Shown: positions 41,860 through 52,196, numbered from the stretch's first letter. The stretch is DNA of 64,000 bases from Methanobacteriota archaeon (GCA_017857235.1 JAFMDN010000001.1:23022-87021); one strand, 5' to 3'. Notes: generated by a model not told the origin, from the sequence alone. Program-made: numbers and translations.

Positions 41860-42720
41860 ACGATTGTTAGGAAACTTATTTATGGGATATACCCAAGAAG
41901 TGAAAGGCTAAGACTGGGAATAGGAAGATGGGAAAGGGGAATTATAGAAACGAATGATCTGATAAAAATGATTACGGAAGAAAAGGATCAATTCTACAAA
42001 ATGATGCGAGTGAACAAGGTAGATTACTATACTGATCCCCTTTTCAACTGGCAGGATATTTTCAGGCCGCTGGTGGCTAGTATAGATGGTATTTCATTGG
42101 GACCATTGACAAGATACTTTGAAACCAATACTTTTTATAGAAAACCCATAGTCAATGAAATAGGTAATGTCAAAAATTCCCTGGATGTGGATGGATCTGA
42201 ATATAACATTCCAGGACCTGTATATAAACCCAATGAATTTGATGGATATATGACATTCCTTCCGGGAATTGGAACTTTCTATTCATTGTCACAAGTAAAT
42301 ATGGATTTCAAAAAATTTCAGGATGGAATGATAGAGGTTTACAGTCAATTATTGAAAATTATGGGGACTGACAAGGTTTTCTTTTATGAAGAGGTCCCAA
42401 AGGATGCTGAAGTTTATGGTTCATTTACCCAAAGGGTTTTTTTAAGAATACCACTCAATTCAAAGAATTCTCATATTAACAGTTTGAAAGTTTATTCACT
42501 AATAACTGAAGACCCGTATTTATCGTCTAAATATTCCAATCTACCGGGGTATTTTGCGTTAGATTCAACCAGTACAAAATTAGAAAATGATTTGCCCGGC
42601 GAACTTAAAAGATTTGTAGATGATTTCCCGGAATTACTTATTACTCATAACAATTACTTAGACTTTCTGCCCAGAAAAATTGCTGATAAGAAAGTTGAAT
42701 TGCTGGGAGGTGTCGCTTAA
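41860..42720 (+). CDS. Split cobalamin-independent methionine synthase, folate-binding (MetE N-terminal-like) subunit; apparent ACG start
   Basis: Open frame extends 36 codons upstream of track ATG 41968 and includes YGIYPR; also W.DIFRP, RYFETNTFYRKP, LDFLP...A..K. Confidence 0.75.
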   Translation, partial: TIVRKLIYGIYPRSERLRLGIGRWERGIIETNDLIKMITEEKDQFYKMMRVNKVDYYTDPLFNWQDIFRPLVASIDGISLGPLTRYFETNTFYRKPIVNEIGNVKNSLDVDGSEYNIPGPVYKPNEFDGYMTFLPGIGTFYSLSQVNMDFKKFQDGMIEVYSQLLKIMGTDKVFFYEEVPKDAEVYGSFTQRVFLRIPLNSKNSHINSLKVYSLITEDPYLSSKYSNLPGYFALDSTSTKLENDLPGELKRFVDDFPELLITHNNYLDFLPRKIADKKVELLGGVA

Positions 42721-43733
42721 TGAATTCGGATTATCTTTTAACTCAGGAAATAGGCTCATTTAGAAAACCAGAATATCTTTCACGAAAATTCAGATCTCTA
42801 GATGAAAATGAATTAAATGAATTGGCATCTAAGGCTACCTTCGAAACAATTGAACTGTACGAAAAAGCAGGGCTGGACAATATCGGTGTAGGGGGAGAGA
42901 TGTTCAGGTGGGAGATGTATGAACACCCAATTAGGAGGCTGGATGGCATAATTGTTCATGGACCTGTAAGATCCTTCGATAACAGATATTATAACAAAGG
43001 TAGCGTTGTGAATAAACTAAAAAGGATCAAGAGCTTCCATATGGAAGAAATTCAGCTGTTGAAAAAATTAAAGAAAAAGAATATTAAAATACCCATTACT
43101 GGCCCATATACCTTAATGGATTGGTCTTTTAATGAATACTATAGAGATAGATATGAACTGGCAATGGAATTTGGAAAAATAGTCAATCAGGAAATTAGGG
43201 AACTGAAAGAATTTTGGGGAGATGATTTATTACAGATACAGATAGATGAACCTGCTGCTACAACACATCCAGCTGAAATGACAACTGTTTTGGATTCCAT
43301 AAATGAATCCGTTAGAGATATAAATGGCATAGAGGTTCATCTCCATGTTTGCTACAGTATTGATTACGGTCTTCTCTTCAACATAGTTCCAGATTTAAAG
43401 GTTGATTATTACAATCTTGAATTTGCAAACAGAGATTCACTAAATCTCAATGCTGATAGGATCGGATACGCAGATGTCAAAAGATTCAAGGATGCTATGG
43501 ACGTTACATCTAGAAAAATTGGACTTGGACTAGGTGTTACTGATGTACACATTGACGATATTGAAACTGTTGACCTCATAAAGAACAGAATAGAATATGC
43601 ACTAAAATTCATTGAACCTGACAGACTTAGGATTAATCCTGATTGTGGTCTGAGAACGAGGTCCAGAGAAGTGGGGTACAATAAATTGAAGAATATGGTG
43701 GATGCCACAAGAGAAGTTTTAAAAAATTTATAA
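42720..43733 (+). CDS. metE: Cobalamin-independent methionine synthase, catalytic subunit
   Basis: IGSFRKP, ITGPYT, QIDEP, HVC and NPDCG Zn ligands. Confidence 0.9.
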   Translation: MNSDYLLTQEIGSFRKPEYLSRKFRSLDENELNELASKATFETIELYEKAGLDNIGVGGEMFRWEMYEHPIRRLDGIIVHGPVRSFDNRYYNKGSVVNKLKRIKSFHMEEIQLLKKLKKKNIKIPITGPYTLMDWSFNEYYRDRYELAMEFGKIVNQEIRELKEFWGDDLLQIQIDEPAATTHPAEMTTVLDSINESVRDINGIEVHLHVCYSIDYGLLFNIVPDLKVDYYNLEFANRDSLNLNADRIGYADVKRFKDAMDVTSRKIGLGLGVTDVHIDDIETVDLIKNRIEYALKFIEPDRLRINPDCGLRTRSREVGYNKLKNMVDATREVLKNL

Positions 43734-43775
43734 ATTTTATCACAATTTTAATATGTTAATTAAAAATAAGCTCTC

Positions 43776-44789
43776 ATGCAGAGAGCTGCTATTTTAAAGG
43801 AAATTAATAAATTCCCTGAAATTGAAGATTTTCCTGATGAAGAGCCTGAAGATAATGAAGTTTTAATAGAACAAAACGAGACTGGAATCTGCTATAGGGA
43901 TATTCTAACAATGAAAGGATTCTTTCCCAGAGTAACGCTCCCAATAGTTCCTGGGCATGAAATTTCAGGGAAAGTTGTTAAAATTGGAAAAAACGTAACG
44001 AAATTCAAAGTTGGAGATAGGGTATCTTCCTTGATATATGTCCCCTGCGGTAAATGTGAATACTGCCTTAGCGGGAGGGAAAATTTATGCAGAAATAAAA
44101 GAACCTTCGGTGAATCACTAAATGGTGCTTATAAAAAGTACATAAGGGTGCCAGAAATAAGTCTGGTAAAGGTACCTGATGGAGTTGGTGAAGAAGAAGC
44201 GGTAATTGCAGCATGCGTAACTGGAATGCTAATTCAGGCTATGAGGGTAAACGGAGGCTTATCTGAAGGTCAATGGGTACTTGTAACTGGTGCGGGTGGA
44301 GGAGTTGGAAGTCATGCTGTACAAATTTCCAAAGCATATGGCGCCAAGGTGATAGCCGAAACATCTTCACCGTGGAAAAAAGAATTGCTTGAAAAACTAG
44401 GTGCAGATTATGTTATAGAAAAAGAAAACATGGAAAGAAAGGTTAAGGAAATAACAGGTGATGGTGTACACCTAGCTCTTGAAAGTGTTGGAAGACCCAC
44501 CTTTAATGAGGCATTTAGAAGTCTCAGATTCGGCGGATCGGTTGTTGTGGTTGGGAACGTTGATGTTACCCCGGTAAATTTGCCTTTGGGCAATTTGATA
44601 TTAAAGGGGAATAAAGTAATTGGGAGCATAAGTTCTACGAAAAGAGATATGGAAGAAGCTCTTCGCCTATCTAAGGAGGGAAAAATAAAAGCCATTGTAG
44701 GGAAGAAGTTTGATTTAAATAATGTAAAAGAAGCGTATGAAGCCCTGGATAGAAAAGAGATATTTGGAAGGGCCTTCCTCAAGCTTTAG
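43776..44789 (+). CDS. Zn-dependent MDR oxidoreductase, acryloyl-CoA reductase-like
   Basis: CYRD..GHE, structural Zn CGKCEYC..C, VTGAGGGVG. Confidence 0.8.
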   Translation: MQRAAILKEINKFPEIEDFPDEEPEDNEVLIEQNETGICYRDILTMKGFFPRVTLPIVPGHEISGKVVKIGKNVTKFKVGDRVSSLIYVPCGKCEYCLSGRENLCRNKRTFGESLNGAYKKYIRVPEISLVKVPDGVGEEEAVIAACVTGMLIQAMRVNGGLSEGQWVLVTGAGGGVGSHAVQISKAYGAKVIAETSSPWKKELLEKLGADYVIEKENMERKVKEITGDGVHLALESVGRPTFNEAFRSLRFGGSVVVVGNVDVTPVNLPLGNLILKGNKVIGSISSTKRDMEEALRLSKEGKIKAIVGKKFDLNNVKEAYEALDRKEIFGRAFLKL

Positions 44790-45309
44790 TCTCAAAGAAT
44801 TTTTTCCTATTATCCCAAGACTGCATTAAGTCATTTATCCCTTTATTTATTTTATCCAAGACATTCTTATCAAACTCACCGGATATAGATGCCCCTCTGA
44901 ATGTATTGACGTTGTCCTGTATTGAAAGCAATGTATCGACTGAAAATTCGTCCATTTCATACAGTTTCTTAATTTCTTCTTGCGTGGCATTGATTACCTT
45001 ATCAGTTTTTGTGAATTCGGATGGCAGACTTGCCAAATATTGCAGTTTTTTTAGTGTTTCTTCAGCCTGTGAAGCTTCCTTCAAAAGATTATAATCCTTT
45101 AAATTTTGAATAGCGGCAGAAAGGTTTGATGATATTATTTTTACTCTTTTTGATATTTCATTGTAAATTGTGAGGGAGTTCCCCTTAATATCTACATTTT
45201 CCTTGTAAGGTTTATATTCCGGCAATTTGCTCTGCAATTTCTTTAATATTATCAATGATCTATCTGGCATGGGTGGGAGATTTATATCGCTCATGTAACT
45301 GAATTCCAA
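44779..45309 (-). CDS. Hypothetical helical protein
   Basis: 176-aa ORF filling the gap between the MDR gene and rpl15e. Confidence 0.7.
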   Translation of the reverse strand: MEFSYMSDINLPPMPDRSLIILKKLQSKLPEYKPYKENVDIKGNSLTIYNEISKRVKIISSNLSAAIQNLKDYNLLKEASQAEETLKKLQYLASLPSEFTKTDKVINATQEEIKKLYEMDEFSVDTLLSIQDNVNTFRGASISGEFDKNVLDKINKGINDLMQSWDNRKKFFETKA

Positions 45310-45367
45310 GATGATATAAATATTAACCTAATCCTTTTATAATCAATAAATATAACCAAAAACTAAG

Positions 45368-45970
45368 GTGTCGGAATTGGAGGCTAAAAGTAGCTATTCA
45401 TTTGAATCTCAAAACATACTTAAGGCTAAAGAGGAGATCCCTGACTATGTAAGGCTGAGGATGGTCTCTTGGAGAAGGGGACCTGCCATAGTAAGGGTTG
45501 AAAAACCTACTAAGATAGCAAGAGCCAGGTCATTGGGTTATAAGGATAAACCTGGTTTTGTTGTTGTAAGAATCAGGATAAAGAGGGGAGATCTTCATAG
45601 GAGAAACATAATGGGAGGCAGAAGGCCAAGGAGATATGGCTATAATAAATTGACACATGGAAAAAGCGAGAAATGGATTGCTGAGGAAAGGGTTCAAGAT
45701 AAATATCCAAATTTGAATGTCCTTAATTCATATTATCTTGCTGAAGATGGAAAATACAAATTCTTTGAAGTTATACTTGTTGATCCAAGCCATCCAAATA
45801 TCAAAAATGATCCCCATCTTTCATGGACTGGCGAACCTGCAAATGTCGGAAGAGTTTACAGGGGTTTAACCTCTTCAGGCAAGAAGGCACGCGGACTAAG
45901 GAAGAAAGGGAAAGGATCTGAAAAATCAAGACCTTCTATAAGGGCCAACGGAAGGCTCAGGAGACATTAA
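45368..45970 (+). CDS. rpl15e: 50S ribosomal protein L15e
   Basis: AR.LGYK.K.G, AEER, LNSY, EVILVDP, RGLTS.GKK.RGL. Confidence 0.96.
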   Translation: MSELEAKSSYSFESQNILKAKEEIPDYVRLRMVSWRRGPAIVRVEKPTKIARARSLGYKDKPGFVVVRIRIKRGDLHRRNIMGGRRPRRYGYNKLTHGKSEKWIAEERVQDKYPNLNVLNSYYLAEDGKYKFFEVILVDPSHPNIKNDPHLSWTGEPANVGRVYRGLTSSGKKARGLRKKGKGSEKSRPSIRANGRLRRH

Positions 45971-46304
45971 CTAGATACTTTCCTTTCCACTTTTTAATTT
46001 CAATTAAATTATCAGGATTCTCCAAATCTACTCTTTTACCTTTTGAAATAAACAAACCCGCGAATTTATCAATTACATCTCTGGATGAATCTATTTTAAA
46101 ACTCTGACCTGGAAAGTCTAATTCACCAACTTCTTTTTCTTCCATTAATAAGTATTTCTTCCCAATGTTTTCAATTTCCTTTTGAGACAATGGAATTATT
46201 AAAACATGAAATTTTGCCTCATCCTCTAAAAATTCAATATTTTCCTGTATTAATCTTGACTTAATATCATTAAATTTCTCTTTTCTCACTACGTAGCAAA
46301 TCAC
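45957..46304 (-). CDS. Small stand-alone THUMP-like protein
   Basis: SFKI...[15 protein letters not shown]-terminal signature; no catalytic domain. Confidence 0.55.
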   Translation of the reverse strand: MICYVVRKEKFNDIKSRLIQENIEFLEDEAKFHVLIIPLSQKEIENIGKKYLLMEEKEVGELDFPGQSFKIDSSRDVIDKFAGLFISKGKRVDLENPDNLIEIKKWKGKYLVNVS

Positions 46305-46349
46305 AACCCTCGTAATGTTACAAACATATTTCTATTATTTTGTGTATTA

Positions 46350-46835
46350 ATGGTTATGAACATCCGGATCGTTAAAATTAAAAAGGAAGATGAAAATGTA
46401 ATTATCGGGCAAAGCCACTTCATAAAGACGGTAGAAGATTTTTATGAGGCATTGGCTACAGCTTCCCCTGGGATTAAATTCGGATTAGCCTTTTGTGAAG
46501 CTTCAGGTAAAAGATTAGTTAGGCATGACGGTAACGATGCTGAATTAGAAAAAAGGGCTGTTGAAAATGCAATGAATGTTGGAGCTGGACATTCTTTCAT
46601 AATACATATTAAAAATGCATATCCCATAAATGTTCTTCCACATTTAAGGTCAAAGGAGGAACTTGTAAATATATTTGCAGCAACTGCTAATGACCTATCA
46701 GTTGTTGTTATTGATGAAGGTGATCAATCCGGAATAATAGGGGTCTTAGACGGTTACAAACCACTTGGAATTGAAGGAAACAATGATATTGAAGATAGAA
46801 AAAAATTTCTAAGAGATATAGGTTATAAAAGATGA
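46350..46835 (+). CDS. Adenosine-specific kinase family (DUF355)
   Basis: [40 protein letters not shown]. Confidence 0.88.
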   Translation: MVMNIRIVKIKKEDENVIIGQSHFIKTVEDFYEALATASPGIKFGLAFCEASGKRLVRHDGNDAELEKRAVENAMNVGAGHSFIIHIKNAYPINVLPHLRSKEELVNIFAATANDLSVVVIDEGDQSGIIGVLDGYKPLGIEGNNDIEDRKKFLRDIGYKR

Positions 46836-47518
46836 TAACTGAAGTAGAAGACTTTTATGACTTTGAATCGAAATTCTACGATAATCTTTATTCATCGTTT
46901 ATAGACGATCTTATTTTCATAAAAAAATATGGATTCGAACCACCCTACTGCGAACTTTTTTCCGGGACAGGAAGGATCTCAAGATTCTTAGAGAACTCCT
47001 GCGGCTTAGAAATTAACAAAAAAATGGTATTAGGAGCTTCAACCAGATACAATGCTGTTATTGGAGATGCACGTATGATCCCTTTTAAAAAACATTTCAA
47101 GACTGTACTGATACCATTGAATTCTTTAAACCTTCTGGATAGAAATAGCAGGATAGAGGTATTGAGGGAATCAAATAGAATTCTATTAGACAATGGGAAA
47201 ATTTACTTGGAGATTATGAATGGCTTTCCCTTTGAAATCGGAAATGAATTTCTAGTAAGCGAATTCAGTGACCATAGAAATAATGTGTCGGTGTTTATTA
47301 CTCCGATCTCAGAAGGTGGGAGATTATATTTCAAATATAGATACATAATAAATGGAGAAACAGTTACCAAAAAGTTAATGATATTCCCAATTAGCAGTAA
47401 AGAAATTGAGGAAGAGGCAAAATTGGCCAATCTAAAAATATTACATATATTTGGAGGCTTTAACTTTGAGGAGTTTAATGCCAAAAGTGATAGGATGATT
47501 ATTGTAATGACGAAATAA
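46832..47518 (+). CDS. Class I SAM-dependent methyltransferase
   Basis: ELFSGTGR motif I, GDAR. Confidence 0.8.
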   Translation: MITEVEDFYDFESKFYDNLYSSFIDDLIFIKKYGFEPPYCELFSGTGRISRFLENSCGLEINKKMVLGASTRYNAVIGDARMIPFKKHFKTVLIPLNSLNLLDRNSRIEVLRESNRILLDNGKIYLEIMNGFPFEIGNEFLVSEFSDHRNNVSVFITPISEGGRLYFKYRYIINGETVTKKLMIFPISSKEIEEEAKLANLKILHIFGGFNFEEFNAKSDRMIIVMTK

Positions 47519-47544
47519 AATTATATTAGATTAACCTTTAATGA

Positions 47545-47931
47545 ATGTTGGTATCTCAGGATAATAGGGAACTTTTGGTTAAGCAGATTAAGGAAACAAG
47601 GGAATTGAACCTTGAAATTCCCATAATTGTTGAGGGAAGGCTAGATGTCGTGGCATTAAGGAAAATAGGTTTCAGTGGAGAAATAATCCACCTCCCAAAG
47701 AATAAGACCATAATAAATTTCTCTTATTCTTTAACTAAGTATAGGGAAGTAATACTCTTGATGGACTGGGATAGAAAAGGTAAAAGGCTTACGTCCATCC
47801 TAGAAAAATACCTCATAACAGAAGGGATTCGCGTAAACTTAAAACTCTGGAAATTACTGAACACCATCAATTCGGAGACCAGCAATGTGGAAGGATTGCC
47901 AGCCTTCATGGAAAAAATAGGTTATTTATAA
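47545..47931 (+). CDS. Small Toprim-domain protein (UPF0292-like)
   Basis: IIVEG..D, LLMDWDRKG. Confidence 0.85.
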   Translation: MLVSQDNRELLVKQIKETRELNLEIPIIVEGRLDVVALRKIGFSGEIIHLPKNKTIINFSYSLTKYREVILLMDWDRKGKRLTSILEKYLITEGIRVNLKLWKLLNTINSETSNVEGLPAFMEKIGYL

Positions 47932-48068
47932 TATATTCCTTTACCTCTAGCACATCTAATACATAACCCCGTTGAAGCATCATAATGTTCTGTGCAAACT
48001 GGCCTGCCACAGATTTTGCAGGTGTGTAAAGCTGGGCGTAAACAGATGTAGCATTGAGATACCATCAT
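47922..48068 (-). CDS. Small multi-CxxC zinc-finger protein (not in ORF track, 48 aa)
   Basis: Manual translation MMVSQCYICLRPALHTCKICGRPVCTEHYDASTGLCIRCARGKGIYYK. Confidence 0.8.
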   Translation of the reverse strand: MMVSQCYICLRPALHTCKICGRPVCTEHYDASTGLCIRCARGKGIYYK

Positions 48069-48092
48069 AGCTTTTATAGTGGAATACTAGGA

Positions 48093-49235
48093 CTAATATT
48101 TTTCCTTCAACTCCCTGAACCTTAAATACAGCAGAATGTCATATATTATCTTGAGGGTTCCACCACCAATGAAAGGTATTGGAGAAGCTGCCGCCGATAT
48201 TAGTGAAGAAGAAATATAGGGGGTAGTTGATTGCGCAATACTCCTTGATGCATTGGAAATACCCACTACATAGCTCCTTTCTTCAGGTGGAACTATACTA
48301 TTAAGATAAGATTGGCGTGTAGGAACATCCATCTGACTTAATGAATATCTCAGAAATAGGAATGTTAAACTGGCCCATAAATTGGGTATTAATGGAATAA
48401 GTATCAAAAATACGTTTGATGGCAGATGTGAATAAACCATTGTTTTTACAAGCCCTAGTCTCTTGGCTATATAAGGGGTTGCAACAATGCTTGCTCCGAT
48501 TATTACATCCACTATTGCAAATATTCCCCCAAGAGATGACAGGCTTATACCATACCTTACTTTGAACCAATAAGCTATTAGACTTTGAAGGACAAACCCA
48601 CCACCTATGGCGTCTAAGGAAAACAGTAAAGATACATCTCTTGAAATTTTCTTGGTTTCATTTGACACCTTCAATTGTTTTTTATTTTCATTTTCTATTG
48701 TTCCGAATTTCATTACTGAATACATTACCATTATTACAATGGAAAGTAAAACTGAAAGCTCTATCAGATAGTCAATACCCAAAAAGAGCATAGCTGAACC
48801 TATGGAAGCAAATGCATAGCCAGAAAGAGTGTAAATTGAGAATAGCCAGTTCCTGTTTTCCTGATCCTTTGCAATATATGACAACTGCGGTTGTTCAAAT
48901 GAAGAAAACAGGGTATTATCACTTGGATTTACACCGAGACCACCTATAATGGCACCAATATTATTCAATATTGATGATTTAGGTATGAGCAATAATAAAC
49001 CTATAGAGAGCATGGAAGTCATGAAAATCAGAAAAATTTTTGCCCTGGATATGTGATATTTAAACGTAATCAAAAATGTAATGAGAGAACTTAAAATAAT
49101 TGATCCCGAAGCTATCAATCCTGCAATTAAAGGGCTATCACCCCTAGAAATTAAAAATAATATAAGGGATACAGAAAATATCCCGTAAATAAACCCTCTA
49201 ATGGATTTTGTCGCAAACAATAAGAATTTTCGCAT
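48093..49235 (-). CDS. MFS transporter
   Basis: About 12 TM segments; LDAIGGGF, SHLPSN, SQMDVPTRQSY; start moved to ATG 49235 because the track start overlaps gcvPA. Confidence 0.88.
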   Translation of the reverse strand: MRKFLLFATKSIRGFIYGIFSVSLILFLISRGDSPLIAGLIASGSIILSSLITFLITFKYHISRAKIFLIFMTSMLSIGLLLLIPKSSILNNIGAIIGGLGVNPSDNTLFSSFEQPQLSYIAKDQENRNWLFSIYTLSGYAFASIGSAMLFLGIDYLIELSVLLSIVIMVMYSVMKFGTIENENKKQLKVSNETKKISRDVSLLFSLDAIGGGFVLQSLIAYWFKVRYGISLSSLGGIFAIVDVIIGASIVATPYIAKRLGLVKTMVYSHLPSNVFLILIPLIPNLWASLTFLFLRYSLSQMDVPTRQSYLNSIVPPEERSYVVGISNASRSIAQSTTPYISSSLISAAASPIPFIGGGTLKIIYDILLYLRFRELKEKY

Positions 49236-49290
49236 GCTAAATCTCTCATAAATGCTATATTTATAATAATAATTTCCTGGCTGATCATAA

Positions 49291-50619
49291 ATGGATAACA
49301 TTAATGATATTTTGAAAGAGATGGGATTGAATAGCATTGATGACCTATTCTCCGATATTCCTTCTGATTTGAGAATAAGCTCCATGGGATTAGATTCGGG
49401 CCTTTCTGAAGATGAGATAAGAAGAAAGGCAATGGAGTATGCATCTATGAACAAAACAATCACACAATACCATTCTTTCCTTGGTTTTGGATGCTACAAC
49501 CATTATGTCCCAGCCATAATTTCTGCCATTATTTCAAGGGGTGAATTCCTGACAGCATACACACCCTATCAGGCAGAAATATCACAGGGGATAATGCAAG
49601 CATTATGGGAATATCAAAGCTTAATGGCCGAACTTCTTGAAATGGATGCCGTGAATTCATCTAATTATGATGTTTCTACCGCCTTAGGCGAAGCAATAAG
49701 AATGGCTGTAAACATTACTGACAAGGATGAAGTCCTCATACCTAAATTCACTCACCCGTTTAAGAAGAGTGTGGCTAGGGTATATGCAAGAGGTTCCAAT
49801 ATAAAATTGGTTGAATATCCATTTGACGAGTCAGGCAGGATAGATTTGGAATTCTTAAAAAATAATATAAATGAAAAAACAGCTGCAGTGTATGTAGAAT
49901 ATCCCAACATGTTCGGTATAATAGATGAAAACGTGGCAGCAGTCAAAGAAATAATAGGTGATCAAAGAATCATGATTGCAGGTGTAAACCCCATATCTTT
50001 GGGCGTTCTCACACCACCGGGACAATTGGGGGCAGATATTGCCATAGGAGATGGTCAAGTCTTTGGCCTAGGTCTTAATTTTGGTGGTCCCATGCTTGGA
50101 ATTTTTGGCACCAAAATAGAATACATTAGGAAGATGCCTGGAAAAATAATGGGTGTAACTAGGGATTCAAATGGCAAACTTGCTTTTGCAATGATTCTTC
50201 AGACAAGGGAACAACACATTAGGAGGGAAAGAGCAGTAACCAACATGACAAGCAATATGGGTCTGATGGCAGTAGCAAGTGCCATATACGTTTCACTTTT
50301 AGGTGAAAGTGGCTTAAGAAAGCTTGGAGAAATAAATATGGGTTTAACCAACAATTTAATTGAGAGGATCAGAGACACCGGAATTGATTTGCCTTTCCAA
50401 GGTTCACCTGTATTTAATGAATTCTATATCAAATTGAAAGTTTCTAAGACTTATCTCAATTTGGCTGCCAGGAAATCTAAGGTAATACCAGGTGCCATAT
50501 TGGGACAAGAATTTGGATTTGACACAAGAAAAGAAGTGAATATAATCACAAATGTTACTGAGAGGAATACTAAGGAAGATTTTGATGCTTATATTGATTT
50601 TTTAATGAAGGTGATATAA
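49291..50619 (+). CDS. gcvPA: Glycine decarboxylase subunit 1
   Basis: FLTAYTPYQAEISQG, FGGP, LQTREQHIRRERA. Confidence 0.95.
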   Translation: MDNINDILKEMGLNSIDDLFSDIPSDLRISSMGLDSGLSEDEIRRKAMEYASMNKTITQYHSFLGFGCYNHYVPAIISAIISRGEFLTAYTPYQAEISQGIMQALWEYQSLMAELLEMDAVNSSNYDVSTALGEAIRMAVNITDKDEVLIPKFTHPFKKSVARVYARGSNIKLVEYPFDESGRIDLEFLKNNINEKTAAVYVEYPNMFGIIDENVAAVKEIIGDQRIMIAGVNPISLGVLTPPGQLGADIAIGDGQVFGLGLNFGGPMLGIFGTKIEYIRKMPGKIMGVTRDSNGKLAFAMILQTREQHIRRERAVTNMTSNMGLMAVASAIYVSLLGESGLRKLGEINMGLTNNLIERIRDTGIDLPFQGSPVFNEFYIKLKVSKTYLNLAARKSKVIPGAILGQEFGFDTRKEVNIITNVTERNTKEDFDAYIDFLMKVI

Positions 50620-52086
50620 ATGTATCATCAGGCAGTATATGATGAACCATTAATATTTGAAATTGCGGGAAGAAGGACTGTAAGGCTTCCTCATGAAAAG
50701 GAGAATTTTAAGATAAATATACCTGAAAAAATGCGGAGAAAGTCCCTTAACATCGGAGACAGAGAAGAGTTTGAGGTAGTAAGGCATTTCACCAGATTAT
50801 CACAGATGAACTTCGGTGTGGATCTCGGCTTCTACCCATTGGGATCCTGTACAATGAAATATAATCCCAGAATTAATGAGGAAATAGCATCCTATTCCGG
50901 CTTCAGGGAAATACATCCTCTGCAGGATGAAGATGATGTCCAGGGCGCCTTGAAGTTGATGTATGAACTCGGAGAAGATCTTAAAAAAATAACCGGCATG
51001 GATGCCATTACACTTCAACCTCTGGCAGGTTCTCAGGGTGAATTCACCGGATTGTCTATTGTAAGGGCATACTTCGAAAATAGAGGAGAACTGGATCAGA
51101 GAAAAGAAGTGGTTGTTCCAGACTCAGCTCATGGTTCAAATCCTGCCTCGGCAAACATGGCAGGTTTTAAGGCAATCGAAATTAAATCCAATAAAGATGG
51201 GAAGGTAGACTTTGAGGAATTCAAAAAATATATAACAAAGAATACAGCTGCATTCATGATAACCAATCCAAATACCCTTGGCATATTTGAAGACAATATC
51301 AAGCAGATGGCTGATTATGCTCATGAAATGGGTGCACTGGTTTATTACGATGGAGCCAACTTAAATGGAATTATGGGCAAAACATCACCAGGGAAAATGG
51401 GATTTGATATCGTTCACTTAAATCTTCATAAAACATTCTCTACTCCCCATGGGGGTGGAGGGCCTGGAGCAGGGCCTGTAGCCGTAAAAGAATACCTAAA
51501 AGATTTTCTTCCAGTTCCAATCCTAACATATGAAGGAGGAAAGTATCATCTAGATTACAACGTTCCAAAGACGATTGGAAAGGTGGCCAATTTCTATGGC
51601 AATTTTAGCATTTTAGTAAGAGCCTGGGCTTATATAAAATTGCATGGAGAGGAAGGACTGAAGGAAGCATGTGAGAGAGCGGTGTTGAATTCAAACTATA
51701 TGAGCTTTAAAATCTCTAAGTTAATGCCGGTTCCAGGATTTAAGATAAAGAAACATGAATTTGTGGCATCATCACACGATGAAGACGGTAGATTGCCCAA
51801 GGCATCCGATATAGCTAAACACTTAATCGACAACGGAGTTCATGCACCAACAATATACTTCCCCCTGATAGTTCCAGAAGCACTCATGATTGAACCCACT
51901 GAAAGCGCAACCAAAGAAGAAATGGATAGATTCATAAAGATACTGGAAGATGCTATTAATACACCTAAAGAGCAGCTGGAAAAGGAACCCACTAATTTAA
52001 AAGTCGGGAGGATTGATGATGTTGATGCTTCGAGAAATCCAAGGCCCACATACAGGGTGCTGTTGAAGACAAACAGCAAAAATTAA
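50620..52086 (+). CDS. gcvPB: Glycine decarboxylase subunit 2
   Basis: YPLGSCTMKYNP, AHG.NPASA, HLNLHKTFSTPHGGGGPG, IEPTE. Confidence 0.95.
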   Translation: MYHQAVYDEPLIFEIAGRRTVRLPHEKENFKINIPEKMRRKSLNIGDREEFEVVRHFTRLSQMNFGVDLGFYPLGSCTMKYNPRINEEIASYSGFREIHPLQDEDDVQGALKLMYELGEDLKKITGMDAITLQPLAGSQGEFTGLSIVRAYFENRGELDQRKEVVVPDSAHGSNPASANMAGFKAIEIKSNKDGKVDFEEFKKYITKNTAAFMITNPNTLGIFEDNIKQMADYAHEMGALVYYDGANLNGIMGKTSPGKMGFDIVHLNLHKTFSTPHGGGGPGAGPVAVKEYLKDFLPVPILTYEGGKYHLDYNVPKTIGKVANFYGNFSILVRAWAYIKLHGEEGLKEACERAVLNSNYMSFKISKLMPVPGFKIKKHEFVASSHDEDGRLPKASDIAKHLIDNGVHAPTIYFPLIVPEALMIEPTESATKEEMDRFIKILEDAINTPKEQLEKEPTNLKVGRIDDVDASRNPRPTYRVLLKTNSKN

Positions 52087-52111
52087 ACCATCAAATCGAT
52101 TACGGGTGGAA

Positions 52112-52196
52112 GCGGAGGTTGCCGAGCCTGGCCAAAGGCGGCAGACTCAAGATCTGCTCCCACAGGGGTTCGCCGGTTCAAATCCGGCCCTCCGCA
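52112..52196 (+). tRNA. tRNA-Leu(CAA)
   Basis: GCGGAGG acceptor stem, GCAGA CT CAA GA TCTGC anticodon arm, long variable arm, GCCGG TTCAAAT CCGGC. Confidence 0.95.

Noticed and set aside
49236-49463. N-terminal extension of the MFS ORF
   Set aside because: Overlaps gcvPA on the opposite strand; the hydrophobic pattern begins at ATG 49235
51132-51153. GGTTCAAATCCTGCC resembling a tRNA T-arm or att site
   Set aside because: It encodes the conserved HGSNPAS motif of gcvPB and has no cloverleaf around it
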